64,000 nt of DNA from Balanoglossus misakiensis (GCA_040954595.2 CM082597.2:4053924-4117923), one strand, 5' to 3'. Shown: positions 1-13,531, counted from the stretch's first letter. A program made the numbers and translations. The notes: a model not told the origin generated them from the sequence alone.

Positions 1-545
1 TGAAACTTGGTTTGTAGCATGGTTATGATAAGTTCTGGATCAGATAAGAATTCAGTGGTTGTGCTTTATTAATTTCTTGCTCATTTGCATATTTAATGAT
101 GTTTTGTAATTAGGGCCATAACTTGAGAACCAATGAGTCCAATGTTATGAAATTTTGTATGTAGCATTATTATGATGAGATCTACATCTATTTAGAATTT
201 GGTGGTTGTGATTTATTTATTAATTGCTTATTTGCATATTAAATGATGTTTTGTAATTAGGGCCATAACCTCAGAACCGATGAGTCCAATGTTATAAAAT
301 TTGGTTTGTAGCATGGTTATGATAAGTTCTGGATCAGATAAGAATTCAGTGGTTGTGCTTTATTAATTTCTTGCTCATTTGCATATTTAATGATGTTTTG
401 TAATTAGGGCCATAACTTCAGAACCGTTATATCCAATGGTATGAAATTTTGGATTTAGCATTATTATGATAAGATGTAGATCTGATCAGATTTTGGTGGT
501 TGTTTGTGTTTTAATTAATTGCTCATTTGCATATTAAGTATGTTC
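1..545. repeat. Tandem satellite-like array, ~147-bp monomer with ~294-bp dimer periodicity, cut by window edge
   Basis: 'ttggtttgtagcatggttatgataagttctggatcagataagaattcagtgg' at 7 and 301. Intervening monomers are diverged versions. Each monomer contains ATTTGCAT. Confidence 0.9.
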
Positions 546-1532
546 AGTGGTTTCCAATTATTTACGTGTTTTCTCGCAGTTCATTTATGCCATATTTTAC
601 AGCGGCATGAACGTGCCTATTTGTAAATATAAACGGAGATACCGTCCCTCCACGTTTACTCTGCCTTCCCTCTCGGCGAGAATGGTAAAATCAATTTGTT
701 ATGCAAATAACGTCGGATGACCGCGTTGAGGTCAAAGTGCATACTTTATGTATCGTGGGAAGGTTGGAATCTCCATGAAGGATTTGATGTGCGTATATGT
801 TGCGGTTTCTCGTGAACGTTTCGTTAGTAAGTTTATATTTAGACTTTTTTGGTGAATATGTATTCTTCTGCATAAATTGAGACTCCACCCAGAAAATTGT
901 GGACTTTGTATAATGTAAATAACAACATAGCAACGTCGGCGTGGCCGTGAGCTCGACGTTGGTATGGTATGTTTCAACAGGCATTTCTTTTCAGCGAGGG
1001 TTTTTTTGGGGACATATGGTAGGAAAGGGTTTCATGTTCAGGTGATCAATCGCTTGACAGGAAATATGTATAATAACAGTGAGACTGTAGCAGCGATGTA
1101 TATGGTTGACGCTGTGAGGGCGTGGAATTTTAGAAGCCCCTGGTCCACATACCTGTGCGGACATTATCGAAGCCAGGTCAAAGGTCATATCTGCTGTCAT
1201 ATGGTGATGTCCTTGGGGCGCACCGCACATCCATCACGAAATTACAATTATTGTGACGAAGGAAGTGTGATTTGGGCTAACCACAGGATATATGGTGGAC
1301 AGGCGCTTTGAGTTGCTTGACGGAGAGTTTGAATATTTGGGGCCCATTTCATGATGATATGTATCACACTGTTATGTTACTTTCAAAATAGTGACTGTGC
1401 AAATTGTCATCTCCTGGTTTGTCACACTCACAGTCCCGCGAAAAATATAGAAAAGGGTTTCCTTTGACACAGATTCTGCTGTTTATACTAACGATAGTTA
1501 AAGATAATGAACATTTTTGCGGAATCTGATTT

Positions 1533-1534
<2 letters not shown>

Positions 1535-1575
<41 letters not shown>
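1535..1575. repeat. (CAT)n microsatellite
   Basis: About 13 perfect CAT units; explains the spurious poly-Met ORF 1364..1615. Confidence 0.97.
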
Positions 1576-1643
1576 CTGTTAATGAATGATTATGCCATAG
1601 TAAAGGCCTCTCCAATTTTTGTGTGTTTCAGACGTGATTAAAG

Positions 1644-2619
1644 ATGGAGTTTGACCGACAGACATTGCTTCAGGCATCGACGTCAGCACTGCTGTTCTGG
1701 TATTCCCTGTACAACATCTCCTGTCTCGTCTTCCCGGCCAAGAGTTACGAATGGAATTGTAGAGTTGTCACTTTCATCCATGCAGTGGCAGTCAGCACGT
1801 TGTCATGGATATGGGGCGTTTATTACAATCCGTGGGTTTTCACAGATCCAGGTGGGTTCTATACAATGACTGCTATTTTGCAGTCCCTGTGCAATTTACA
1901 TGTACATTAATTGACCTGTCTAAAAGGCCACCTGTCTATATAGGCCAGTTCAGAAAGTCCCTTGACTGGCCACTATAAACAGGTTTGACTGTATATCATT
2001 CTGTGCAGTATAGCCTTAATGATATAAATGTGTTCTCAAACAATAACTCATGATATATATATATATTCCAGGTGGCAAAGCTAATGGTAGAGAATATCTC
2101 GTTTGCATAATTTGCCTGGGCTATTTCCTGTTTGACTTCGTCTGGTGTTTGTGGTTCTACGATCCCAACGATAAGTTCATGTTACTCCATCACGTTCTGA
2201 CGATAACCGGCATCTTGCTCGTCCTGCAGAGCGGTTACGGGGGGACGGAATTCAACGCGACCATATTCGGCAGCGAGATCTCGAATCCGTTTCTGCAGAT
2301 GCGTTGGTTCATGCGCGAGTCGGGTTACGACAAGACGTGGGTTTACGAGATTAACGATTTGGTTTTCATGATGACGTTTTTCGTAATGCGTCTGGGCGTT
2401 GGTTCGTATCTGCTCTACACGGAATGGGCGCATCCTAACACGTGGTTACGGTTCAAGCTAGGTGGTACCGCTATTTACATCGTCAGCGTCGTGTTCATGT
2501 ATAACATCGCCATGTTCGCGTTCAAGAAGTATACGCGCATGTACAGGGCGTGGAAGAAGCATCTGAAAATGGCGAACGGCGACGTAGGCAACGGACACAT
2601 TGAACAGAAAGTGCACTAG
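1644..2619 (+). CDS. TLCD5: TLC domain-containing protein 5 (TMEM136), ~251 aa
   Basis: Exons 1644-1851 and 2072-2619, phase-1 GT-AG intron. Motifs EWNCRVVTFIHA, GYFLFDFVWC, MLLHH, FGSEISNPFLQMRWF. Acceptor at 1630-1631 implies an upstream exon not identified. Confidence 0.88.
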
Positions 2620-5084
2620 TGGATGATGACAATCCAGAGGGGAATTCACACCCGTCACAACCACAGTTTGGTACAGTCCAGTTGTTGGCGTGGACCTGAG
2701 CATTTGGAAATGGGGGTGATAGGTTCAATGGAGGTTAGGTCGAAGGCAATATTCAATGCAATATGTAGGAATGCCGCTGATTTAGAAAATTTCTTTCGTG
2801 TCTTTCTCCATTCGCTGCAACTTTTTTGCATGATTGTTCAGCCATATTGGATCGCTTCCTCATCCGAAAGAATAATCAGTACCATGAAATATGTATTCTT
2901 CTGAAGTATCAACTCTTTAAGTTGGAATTGTGAAAAATCCGGCTATGAATTTTGATTTAACTATTAAGGTTGTCTTGATGTCACTCGCAAAGTACTAAAA
3001 CCTTGAAATGACAATTTAGCTTATTCTTACATTTTTTTTTCTTTTTCATTGTAATTTGTACATGTGTAAATTTTCAAATTCATTGGATTTTGTTTCTGAA
3101 GTCAGATATTTACTTCATCATATAGTAGAAACTTTTCCATTTGTATGATAAATTGTTAATGAACACTTTCAATATTTATATTTGATATTATAATTTCATT
3201 CAACTATTTTTCAAGTATTTTCTACAATTTCACCATTACCTTTACTAAGCAATTTTTCTTTTGTATGCAGGGTTTTTTGTGTAAATTTTTACTCAGAAAT
3301 TCGAGCTTCATTGAACTGCCTTGTGACAATGTTTTCCAGTGTTATATCTCAATCAGGTATGTGAAATCATTTTAAAATCAATTCAATAAGAGATAATATG
3401 TAATATTACTGGAAAATTCTCTTTTCAAAATGTCACTTACATCTATCTTGTTCAAAGCGCACAGAAATATTTAAATATACGCCCAAACTATGCGCATAGT
3501 GTTTTTATTAAGGCTGGGGTACCAGTATGATAATCAGAATTTTGTAATTTTTTGCTTAAATTATTTTATGCTTGTGTGAATTTAATACAGAGCTACTGTT
3601 TGTAAATCTCAGGTTAATTTTTTGTTTCATACCTCGACTAGCGATAGAAATTTCTACAAGCTTCTGCTCATAAAATAAACCACGCAACACTCAGTTCTGT
3701 CCTATCCCATGATTTTTTATTTGTTTCACATCTGTGTTTATACAATATAATCAGTGAATACTGTGTGGGCACCGTTACACAATGAAACAGTAAATACAGA
3801 AACGACAATTTTGTTTTTTGGTCTATAAAAATACTTCCATGCTCTCTCCCCTTCCCTCTAAATGAAACGTTCCCCCTCTATACACAATCAGTGTTGTCAC
3901 GACACACCAGTAAAAAAAAAGTCCCAAAGTTTAAAGTGTTGAAAAATGAGTTCTATAAATAATGCGATAACTTGTACATGTGCTTGAAATATTCAAATGA
4001 AGCTTTTCTAAATGTAAAGGTTTTCATTCGGTAATGCCATTGTGGTTTTTGTAAACATGTCTTTGAAAATGTGTTTTAGAGGACTGACTCATAGACAGGA
4101 GAATTCTGTCTATGACTGAATGATATGACTTATGTTTTGTTAAGGTTATCACACAAATACTGATCTCGCACTTGAGACAAATTTTCTTCTCGTAAGATCA
4201 TGTGGTAAATATGGGTCATATGGGAATAAAGCCACATGACTTGCCATACAGTCGATGTGGCAAACTCATGTGGCGTTATTGATGTTCATATAAATGCTAC
4301 ATCTGTGGTCTGTTGATATGGTACCAGCAAACACATTTTGGTTGGTTCAACACAAACTACTTCAGTAGTACACACACCATAATTCTATTGGACTTGATGC
4401 TATCATTCTCGATACAAAACATCTTTTCTGTCATCCATCATCTAAAGCGATACAGGTTGAATAAGGCTTGTTTACAATATGTTACAAAACTCATCAGAAG
4501 TCGGGTGAATCATGCAAAAACATTCCCCCTGAATTAATCCTCCAACCATCAGCTACTCTGTGAGGTTAGAATACATAGTGTAATGACACCTGTTGTCTAG
4601 GCCAGTCAAATTTCCATGTCACCTGCCAAAGCCAAAAAATTGGTTTACACGTCTTACCCTTTCACCCCCTGTTTTCTATTTAGAGGTCCAAACTTACCAT
4701 AGAAAACAATGGAGTTTGGACTGAACCATTGTGGTGAAAGGGTTATTTTAAGTAAAAAATGTCAACAGGGGACACACTGCCATGTTTTCTAACCCCAGCT
4801 AAACTATCCCTGCCGATTTATAAAACATGCAAATAAGGCCGTAGAATGCAAATATGTAGATCTGTGATGTCACCCACCAGTCGTGGCAGAGAAAGAGCTG
4901 TGTAAAAAGTTGCCATGGAAACACTGCTACAGTCAAAGGTCAAAAGGTCAACTCTGCACATCACAATTGCACATGGTATTAAAGTAGAGTTTATTTCTTA
5001 AAGTCTCCGAATGACGGGTTCTGTCCAAAAATACGATTTTGCATTATCCTGTTGACGTGTTGTGGTGGTATCCATGATGACTGC

Positions 5085-8000
5085 TCAGACGGTTTCCATG
5101 GTGAGCTCTGGTTGTTGTTCTTCCACAACCACTGTGTCAGTTGACAGCAGAGATGCGTGGACGAGGATCAGGAATACTGAAGCACCTGTAAAAAAAATTG
5201 GACAGAGAGGCAAGTGAGGACTGGTAACTCAAGTCTCTGGTAACCATTCCACCCCCATTTCCTTGTTAAGCGGTCCAACTCTGCCATAGGAAGCCATGGC
5301 TTTGGACCAAACCATTACTGTCTGTAAGTCTCTTGTTGTGAGACTACATGTGGCTGTCTGTCATTGTGTTACATCTACAGCTCTCGCTGGGGTTTCACTA
5401 TCCAAAGAGCCAGAATGGTAATCACATCTGTGATAACCATTATAAGAGCAGATATATAACAGAAATCATCAACTTACCAATCACCCAGAAGACTGCAGAC
5501 CCAGCACCAGCCATGAAAAATATTGGTATCGATACAAGTGCTAAAGCTAGGTATTGCTGCCCCACTGTTAATTCACGCCCTGCAAATACAAACACATACA
5601 TGTCAGGGTTAGGGTTAGGGCTTTCCTCCCTTGTCATTTCATGCGTTGGTTGTAGATTTTAGGTCTTTTCTGTAATAATGGCATTCACTAGTAGAAACCA
5701 TTGTGGCGGAGGGGGAATAATCCCTCAAACTGTGACATCCTGGACACCCCTCTCCCCTAAATATTCAGTTCAATGTACTGCGTTCAACTTTATCAATACG
5801 AGAGTCAGTGTAAACATGTAGTTTGGAAAATTATTTACATGCACATGTGTTAGTAAAATGGACCATCCCTGTAAATGATTTGACCAGGGTTTCTACTTGG
5901 GTGCTTCAAACACCAGGGTTTCTCCCCTATTTCAGAGTATGTAGGTCCAACTGTACCAATGAAAACAATAGGGCTGAACCAAACACGGGTGATGTTAGGG
6001 TCAAGGGGGTCAGGGTGTAGTGCACACTACACGCTTATGCATGTGGGAACACAGTGACCAGTCACACCCAGTGATGGCAGCAAATTGGGAAACTCCTGAT
6101 TTAACCCTTTCACCACCATGGTTCAGTCCAAAACCATTGTTTTCTATGGAAAAGTTGGACCTCTATACAGGGACCTGGGGGTGAAAGAGTTAAAGAACTC
6201 TGCGGAAATCCATACATTACCACCAAGGTGACGTTAGTCTACCATACAGCCGGGATCTACCACACTACACAGATACTGATGATGTCACCACTTCATCCAC
6301 TACACAGATACCGATGATGTCACCACTTGCTGCAATGCAATATTGTAATAAAACATACGTACCCCTACCTAACAGAACGACTTTGCCGGCTGACTGGCGA
6401 GCCTGTATGAAGTAACAGCCTCCAATGAGGAACGCACAGGCAACTAAGAGTAAAGGTGATGTGATTCTGAAAAAGAAAAAGAAGATCGTGTTTGGTTAGA
6501 AGGGCTGTACATGTACTTATCATGTTCAGTTGAGATCAGTCTAAGTCATTTTCAAACGAGAAATTCTGGGTTTAATTTCATATTTCATCGCAGCATATCC
6601 TGACAAATATTCCTTATCGTTTGACATAAATTTCGCAGCACAGCAAACATCTGTTGGCCACTATAAATGGTTCTAGCAACGATGGGTAAACACACACATT
6701 TCACGAACGCCAGGCATGTGACGTAGACACAGAGAGTTTTAACCCACTGTGTCAACAGTGGCCTGGCAACAGCTGGGATCCAATCATGGATGTATGGAGT
6801 TCGTGTCCCGTTTGACGGTCGTGATGAATCGCGACACTGGTTGGCAGGGCAGTGGTCGTGACATGCCTACTGAGCTGGGTTACTTAGTCATGTCTTGCGT
6901 CGTCAAATTTCACAAATATTTGTTAATTCAGTCATGTGACTGTTCTAGTTTTACCATTCTTGTTGTAAATTACATGCATCTCGGTCATACAAATACCGGT
7001 ATATCTCGGTCATATGGGATACAAAATGCACCAAAATCCAAACTTTCACATTTGCTGTTGTTATTGTTCATACTGTTTGTGTTTACGTAAAGTGGTCAAG
7101 TCGTATTGCCTTCTACTAGAATAGTTGGATCCATTACAGAGAAATAGGGGTGTAAGGGTTTAAGTCGAATTTGATCCTGGGTTCAAATTCAGTCGTGATT
7201 TCTCGCCACAATACAGCCTAGTGCCACCTCATCAAATGGGGAAATCTGTCCACTGCATTAACATTAACATACATGTATACGTATGTCAATAAATGCATAC
7301 AACCTGTTGCAAGGGAGGGGATTAGAACAGATCGGACAAATCCCAAGAACAATACAGACAAATGAAACTGCAACAGGATTCAAATTTACGACTTTCAATG
7401 GCAGGCGCTGATATTCGACGGCGTTACAATAAAACATGACAGAATTTGGGTGAAATCACGGCTAGATTTTGGGGTTTAATTCAGTATAGATAAGAGGATT
7501 ATTTGAGAATCCGAAATATGCAAAACTAGGATTGATACAAGGTCCCCAAGCCAGGGTGCAAATTGTGAATAATAATTTGGAACTGCTTGTCACACTGGGA
7601 ATTTAATGTAGTTTTTATAGTGGGGGTTTTCGAACTGTTTGTTTTTATGAAGCAACTGTTCGAGGATAAATTTTCAATGAAATGTTTTTGAAACGAAAAT
7701 TTGAAAAGGTTTAAGCAAAATTCATATGTGTTAAAGCTAGCCAGAATTAGTGGTTTCTCTTTGAATCATGGCCTCTTTTTTTACACCGAATGGAAATGGG
7801 GTTAATGACATTACTCATTGCGAGACAGACAAGAATACTTTCCCAAAATGGAGGCTGAAATTGTGCCACCGGATATTTATAGAAATAAGCCCAACATATG
7901 ATGTCTGCCAATACATGCAACATGTGGCAATCAGAGTTCCTTCACAAAGTATCATCCGTGTGATATATTGATGGTGGAATATATGTGGCACACATTTCAG

Positions 8001-11000
8001 AAATTTGGAAGGGCTTGAAAATCTGTCAGTGGTGACAGTCTTGTGTTCAGAAATTATCCAGTTCTTCTCCTAGAAGGTGGTGGTGTGCTTTGATAAAGTT
8101 TGGTAGAGCCTGTACCAGTATTCCATCGAGGATGGGATCCACAAGGGGCAAAGGAAACTGTCATAATTCCAGCATGTGAGGGACATCATTGTCACCCCTG
8201 ACAAATTATTAGGGGGGTCCCGTAGCCAACATGGGATCAGGTGAATCACCCCCAATTGAAACACCGGTATACAGCTCATAAGACAGAAATTCTACCTACT
8301 GATAAATGAAACAGTTAGCACTGGTATTTATAGACCCCCTTGTATTGTAAATCATAGGAGTTCACTCGAAGAAAGAAAATGGGTCGGATGTGACCCACTT
8401 CTAAAGCATAGGCCCGATTTACAGGTCAGCACAGAGCTGAGTCTCTAGTTAAAAATCATACTATAATGCTGTATGTTCTGTTGCAGCCTGGTCAATAATG
8501 GGTGTACAATACGTTGCAATGTTTTCAATCACTGTGTGAGATGGGTTGGATTTTCTTTTGCAGTAATCCGAGCTTTGTTGCACATTGTATCAATCATTCA
8601 GGATTAAAGGTATACAGTCACCAATTCAAATTTAGCCACAGTTACCATAGAAATTTGAAATCTAGCAAATCACAGATTTTCTTTCATACTGCATATATGC
8701 TAGGTGTTGTCTGGTTTATGTGTAGGGGATAACAAATGGCCTGGATTTTATATGAAATCTACTGCTCTGTAGGTGTGAGTATATATATATACTACCCACA
8801 GCTTATAGACGAACTGTTTTTATGGTCATTATACTATTTCAGTCAGTTGCATACTTGGCATAATATACTTGTACTTGCATTGTCAGAACTGCAAAGTCTT
8901 TGTGATAGAAAAATGTGACATGCAGGAATTTCAGTAGTCATTATCATTATAATGTTAGTTTTGTTTTTCAGAATCCTGGCTACATTATTTAGGCTTGTCC
9001 CCCCGTTTCTCTGTAAATGGATCCAACCATCCCATTGTAGGTAATGGGACTGGACCATTGCACTCTAGTGAACAGTCAAGTAAAAGCATACTTACATGCA
9101 ATAGACGAATAACCCCACAGACACCAGTAGATAGTTGCTTTGGAATTTTTCAAGATTCTGGGGGATTCTCTTGTAGAGGGCCGTCGCGCTCCGGGGCTTG
9201 GACACTTTGGACGAGTTGAGAAATTCCTGCCAGGGTTGGAGTTTGTCCTTCTGTTTCTGCACCCATTCCTTGGCCGAGGTGCTGGATACGTTCATCGCCA
9301 TGCTGTAATATTTGGAAACGGATTTTCTCATTGATGTCGGTACGATATATTTCAATCCCATAGTTTGTACACGCACACAAATATATAAAGGACACACACA
9401 AAACTGTGGCTGTACTCGAAGATGGAATTATTTTGTCGTACGTTTATCCATGTGTGTGAATCAGTACTGCGATGTGGCGTTCAGTTCAGTAGTAGAGTCC
9501 TTGGTTTTCCAGAGAAATGATTGCGTAGCTGGCAGCAAGTGATTTTTTTTTCGGCCAAATAATTGTATAGTGTCACATGTTGCATGATTATGAATGGTTC
9601 AGTCGGGGAGATTATCCGTCCACGACAAAACCATTCATGTTTACATTGAACCACTTCCGTTCAATGGCCAAAGACTCTTTTTTGTGTGTTTTTTTCACAT
9701 CTATATGTTTGATAAAGTCGAAATTTAGGATTAAAACAAATATTGATTTAGACTTGATTCAAGTGAAAAAAATAACATCAGTCTGCACACCAACACAAAA
9801 TGTGTTTGCAGAAATGCATGCGTCTGCCACCCCTGTGGAATAATGGCACAGTCCACCAGGATGTTACACATTTATGCTAATAAGCAGACTGTGAATTTCT
9901 GCCACACACACAGAAATGATGATTTTTATGGTTATATAACAAAATAAATCTCAATTACTACACATGGTGTAAAAAATCTTCAATCTCACAATTCTTGCCA
10001 TATTCCTTTATGGCGTATGACAATATTACCAATCCCTTTCATGATAGAAAGAATCCAACAGTTCAAAGATATTTGTGACATGCAACAAAATTGTGTCAAA
10101 TTTAAAACGATCATGCAAGTATTTCAAAACAGCTTAACTGAAAAACGTGATAAGAAAAGAGAAATTACTGCAAGAAAGGTTTATTTTATTTTTACCAGCT
10201 TACACTTGGGAAATATTCAGACTATGGTATTGCCAATAAAGTCCTATCACCCCTTGCAGTTATTTATTGTTTAAACTGTTCTTGTGGATTTCAATTGTGA
10301 GATGGACCATACCACAGAGATCTAGGGGTGGGCAAGATGATGGACAGACTTCAACTTTCATGGAATCATACAGGCACATGCACTTTATAGGATGTAGGAA
10401 AAACCAGGGACGCCCATTAACTACTGATCACGATCACACCATTCAATAATCACTGATGAAAGACATGCTATCACAAGATGCCTGGACATGTAGAAAGAGG
10501 TCCACAGACTAACCACATATATCGCAGTATTAGTCATTACAACATGTAATGATCGATCAAGCCCATGCTTTGGAATCTACGAATTACCCACAGCCTATTT
10601 AGTATTTGACTGTCCCCCCAAGACTTGCGTTTCCCTACCCCCACACCAATGAAGCTATCAATCTATTTGCCTGGGAGCATAGCACCTGACAATCACCGAT
10701 ACAGCACCCATGCTGTCAACGATGCCCATGCCAAATAAAACAGCTGATGGAAGCTCACGTTTGCATCGCTGGGTACGGATAAGGTGGATGACCTGCGTAA
10801 CCGGGCCGGACCAGATTCGAACTCGGGTGCGCGTAATTAATCACTGGTGGGTATCCGTAGTGTTGCGGATACGCTGCTGGGTAACTGGCGTGATCTGGCA
10901 GGTACAGTGGTTTGGGCGGTTTTGGTGGCAGAGACTTCTGGTAGTCTAGATCGGAGGTGTAGATCGATCTCTGTGGTGTGGTGCGTGGCAGGGGGTTTGG

Positions 11001-11923
11001 GTCGTCGGTTATGAAAACTTTCCTTCTCTGGCTTGCTCTGTGACATGCAGCGTTATATGATTTGTTTGTTTAAAAAGGGTGAACGCAAAGCTCAAGTTAA
11101 ATAAAAGATTTTCAAGAAAAGATGAAAGATTACTAACATTCTCTTTCTCACACATTCAAGTAATGCTATCCCATTGTCAGCATTGGAGATATATCCACCC
11201 ACCATCCACCCTACAATGTGGTGATGTGGCGTTTTACTTTTTTTCTCAGTTGGTTTCAACAGTAATCTATGCTACCCAATATGACAAGGGTTGACATGGG
11301 GTGATGAAACATGAAACCTGAAATGCTGGGCAGGGAGTCAATATCACATGATCATTAGGTATCAATTTACCATATCTGGCTGTGCCTTCTCTATCTTAAC
11401 CAAAGGCAGAGGCTGGTAGATCGGCGATTGCGAATTTTTGGGTCATTTAACTGTCAATGCCACGCCTCACAACAAACTTGACAACGCAGCGTTCGTTGAC
11501 GTGACAACATTCAACAACGTGAAATTTGCGAAGAGTGGTAATTCTAACTGTTTTAACAATTGAAAATGACTCCTAATAACGCCAGAATATTCTGTGCAAC
11601 GTGTTGATGTTCATGTAACGCTGTGGTGTCACAGCTGGTCATTCATCGCTGTCGCTTTGTACTGAAACTTCAAAGCGCTGACCTGAACCGCCGGTTTAGC
11701 CGCAACTATGTACTGAGCCAGCGCAAGATTTAGACGACAGACCCACTTTGACAGTCATCGTTCTGATCATCGACGCTGGAAAATGGGAATCGGACTTCAG
11801 AAAGTGAAAGAACTACATGACATCTCGCCTTCGGCAGAATTTCGTGGGTACTCACCCGAGTTTTTCGTCAGCAGACTCGCTTTTCAAAACATCCAGATCA
11901 CCACTCACGTCGACAGCCTCCAT
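5085..11923 (-). CDS. RABAC1: Prenylated Rab acceptor 1 (PRA1/Yip3 family), ~191 aa
   Basis: Exons 11923-11856 (MEAVDVSGDLDVLKSESADEKLG), 9302-9096 (PWQEF..NLEKFQSNYLLV), 6466-6369 (ITSPLLLVA), 5579-5478 (GRELT..AGAGSAVFWVIG), 5185-5085 (..LVHAS..ELTMETV*). All GT-AG, phases consistent, 576 nt. Confidence 0.92.
6101..6193. mobile_element. ~90-bp MITE with TTAA TSD and CCCT..AGGG termini (piggyBac-like). Other copies ~4654-4745, 26136-26228, ~32129-32214, ~36687-36776, 39589-39682
   Basis: ttaaccctttcacc...ggtgaaag(a/g)gttaa terminal inverted repeats with a shared core (ccattgttttctatgg..ggacctctata). Confidence 0.75.
10755..11037 (-). CDS. Candidate Pro/Tyr-rich exon (93 codons) within RABAC1 intron 1: cassette exon or terminal exon of a small interleaved gene
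   Basis: cag acceptor 11040-11038. Open frame ASQRRKVFITDDPNPLP..PPKPPKPLYLPDHASYPAAYPQHYGYPP..GHPPYPYPAMQT. Ends at AC|gtgag (donor 10758), or reads through as ACG TGA. 279 nt, phase 2/2. Acceptor polypyrimidine tract is weak. Confidence 0.6.
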
Positions 11924-11983
11924 TTGCAATGTTCGTTTGTTCGGAGCGCAACTTCACCAATGCCTATGCCAGCGTGGAACCGA

Positions 11984-12541
11984 TGACGTCATGCATAAAC
12001 AATAATATCAGCTGTCACACAGTTCTCTTTAGGTTTTAATCCCACCTTTTCGCGGAATAAAACCTAGTGCTGGCGATGCAGCTTTTCGATAATTTGCAGG
12101 GATTATTCTAATAGTACTGCTACATAAAAATCCTATGCAAATGTGATGTAACAATATAACCTTTGACCTTTTCTGATATAACTTGTACTTAGAAAAGACT
12201 TTCAGAAAATCAGTAAATGAAAGAAAATCTTTACCCTCGTATACTCAAATTTTCATTGAATATGTCGTGTTTACCCGCCATGGTATGTAATTAATGAAAA
12301 CTGAATTTGGTAAAAATTACGACATATTTAACTTTGACCTTCGACCTTTGAACGACATTGTTTGCAAACACAGATGACGATACGCCGGCGGCTGCACTGG
12401 TCCGCTGTACTTGACTCCGAGATCGATGACTCAACTGGTCTAATTTTAAATTATTCGGTCACCTGAAACTTATTCCGAACCAGCAGACACCTGAAGAAGG
12501 GACCTGTGTGAGCACTGAAGGCAGGGATTTCCGAAAAGCAG
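11984..12541. promoter_or_regulatory. Shared (bidirectional) promoter region of RABAC1 and TBCEL, including a probable non-coding TBCEL exon ending at 12541
   Basis: Divergent genes; locally CpG-rich; CRE palindrome TGACGTCA at 11984-11991; donor cag|gtaaaa at 12541/12542. Confidence 0.55.
12235..12281 (-). CDS. Candidate upstream first coding exon (MAGKHDIFNENLSIRG, phase 2)
   Basis: accATGG start context, donor GG|gtaaag. Phase 2 fits both the 11037 and 9302 acceptors. Confidence 0.45.
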
Positions 12542-13531
12542 GTAAAAACCTCCTCGGACCGAGGAATTATTTCTTTGTTATGTTTCAATCACATATGTTT
12601 CATCGAACATAAAATGCAATCGCAAAGACGAAATGCGACTCGCTTGGAGATATTGCTGAGAAAATCGAGGTACATCACGTGCATGGCCTTATTCTCTTTC
12701 TATACCTGCAAAATCGGCTGCTAAGTGAAAATCTTCGCTTCGGGGGAAAATGAAAACAATCCCCATCCTGGATGATTAATATTCATGCTTTGCAGCATAA
12801 ATTATGTTTAGCTCATGCAAATTAGATTTTAAAGGTACATTTCGTGTAAATAAATCCCAAGTTCTTCAGTTTTGCATTTCCTTAAAACTTATATGCATAT
12901 TTTAAGTGTCCTTGATGAGAGTAACAAAACCTTGGTATATAATGATATTGTGTCAACTATTGTCATGAATATTGTCATTGTTTGACTTTTGTTGACAATT
13001 AAACTTTTGTTGAATGACAATCTGCTACTTTTTAATATCCTGTTTCTAAAGTTACTATAAAATTCATCTAAAACTAACTTTTTATAACTTATTCACATGT
13101 AAGTTTTGAATTGTTTTAATACCTGTTTAAGTCGCAGAAATTTCAAGTACTTTTCCATCTTTGTTTTGATGGAGAGATGCTTTGACAGGTCAAAGGTCAT
13201 TTTTTCGATGACATTGAATATAAGGACATGCTGTTCACTGGTTATGATTGTCCTAACAATCTAACAATGCCAAAATATGTGGTAAAGATCTCAACATAAC
13301 AACACATACTTAGAGCTCTTTAACAGGTCTCACCACGAACAGATATTTTTGACCTTTGAAATTAATATGTGGGTACTGTTATATAATTGTAATAATTAAT
13401 ATGCATTGTTCTCAAAGTAAAAACAATAACATATGATATGAATTTGATCGTAATTGCATGATTGTTCTAAATAGATGGTATATTATTTTGTCTTTAAGGA
13501 TACATACAGCTGATCCTGGCATCTTGAAACC

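Noticed and set aside
1-545. CRISPR-like periodicity (also 44778-45153 and 56718-56914)
   Set aside because: Eukaryotic context, whole units repeat with no unique spacers, and there are no cas genes.
1364-1615. Poly-Met ORF
   Set aside because: Translation of the (CAT)n microsatellite, antisense to the TLCD5 upstream intron.
10800-10835. tRNA T-loop-like 'gagttcgaatct' on the minus strand
   Set aside because: The T-stem does not pair and there are no D or anticodon arms; it lies inside the Pro/Tyr-rich frame.
10837-11046. Listed 69-aa ORF MSQSKPEK..
   Set aside because: Probably a shadow frame; the +1 frame is longer, bounded by splice sites and phase-compatible with neighbouring exons.
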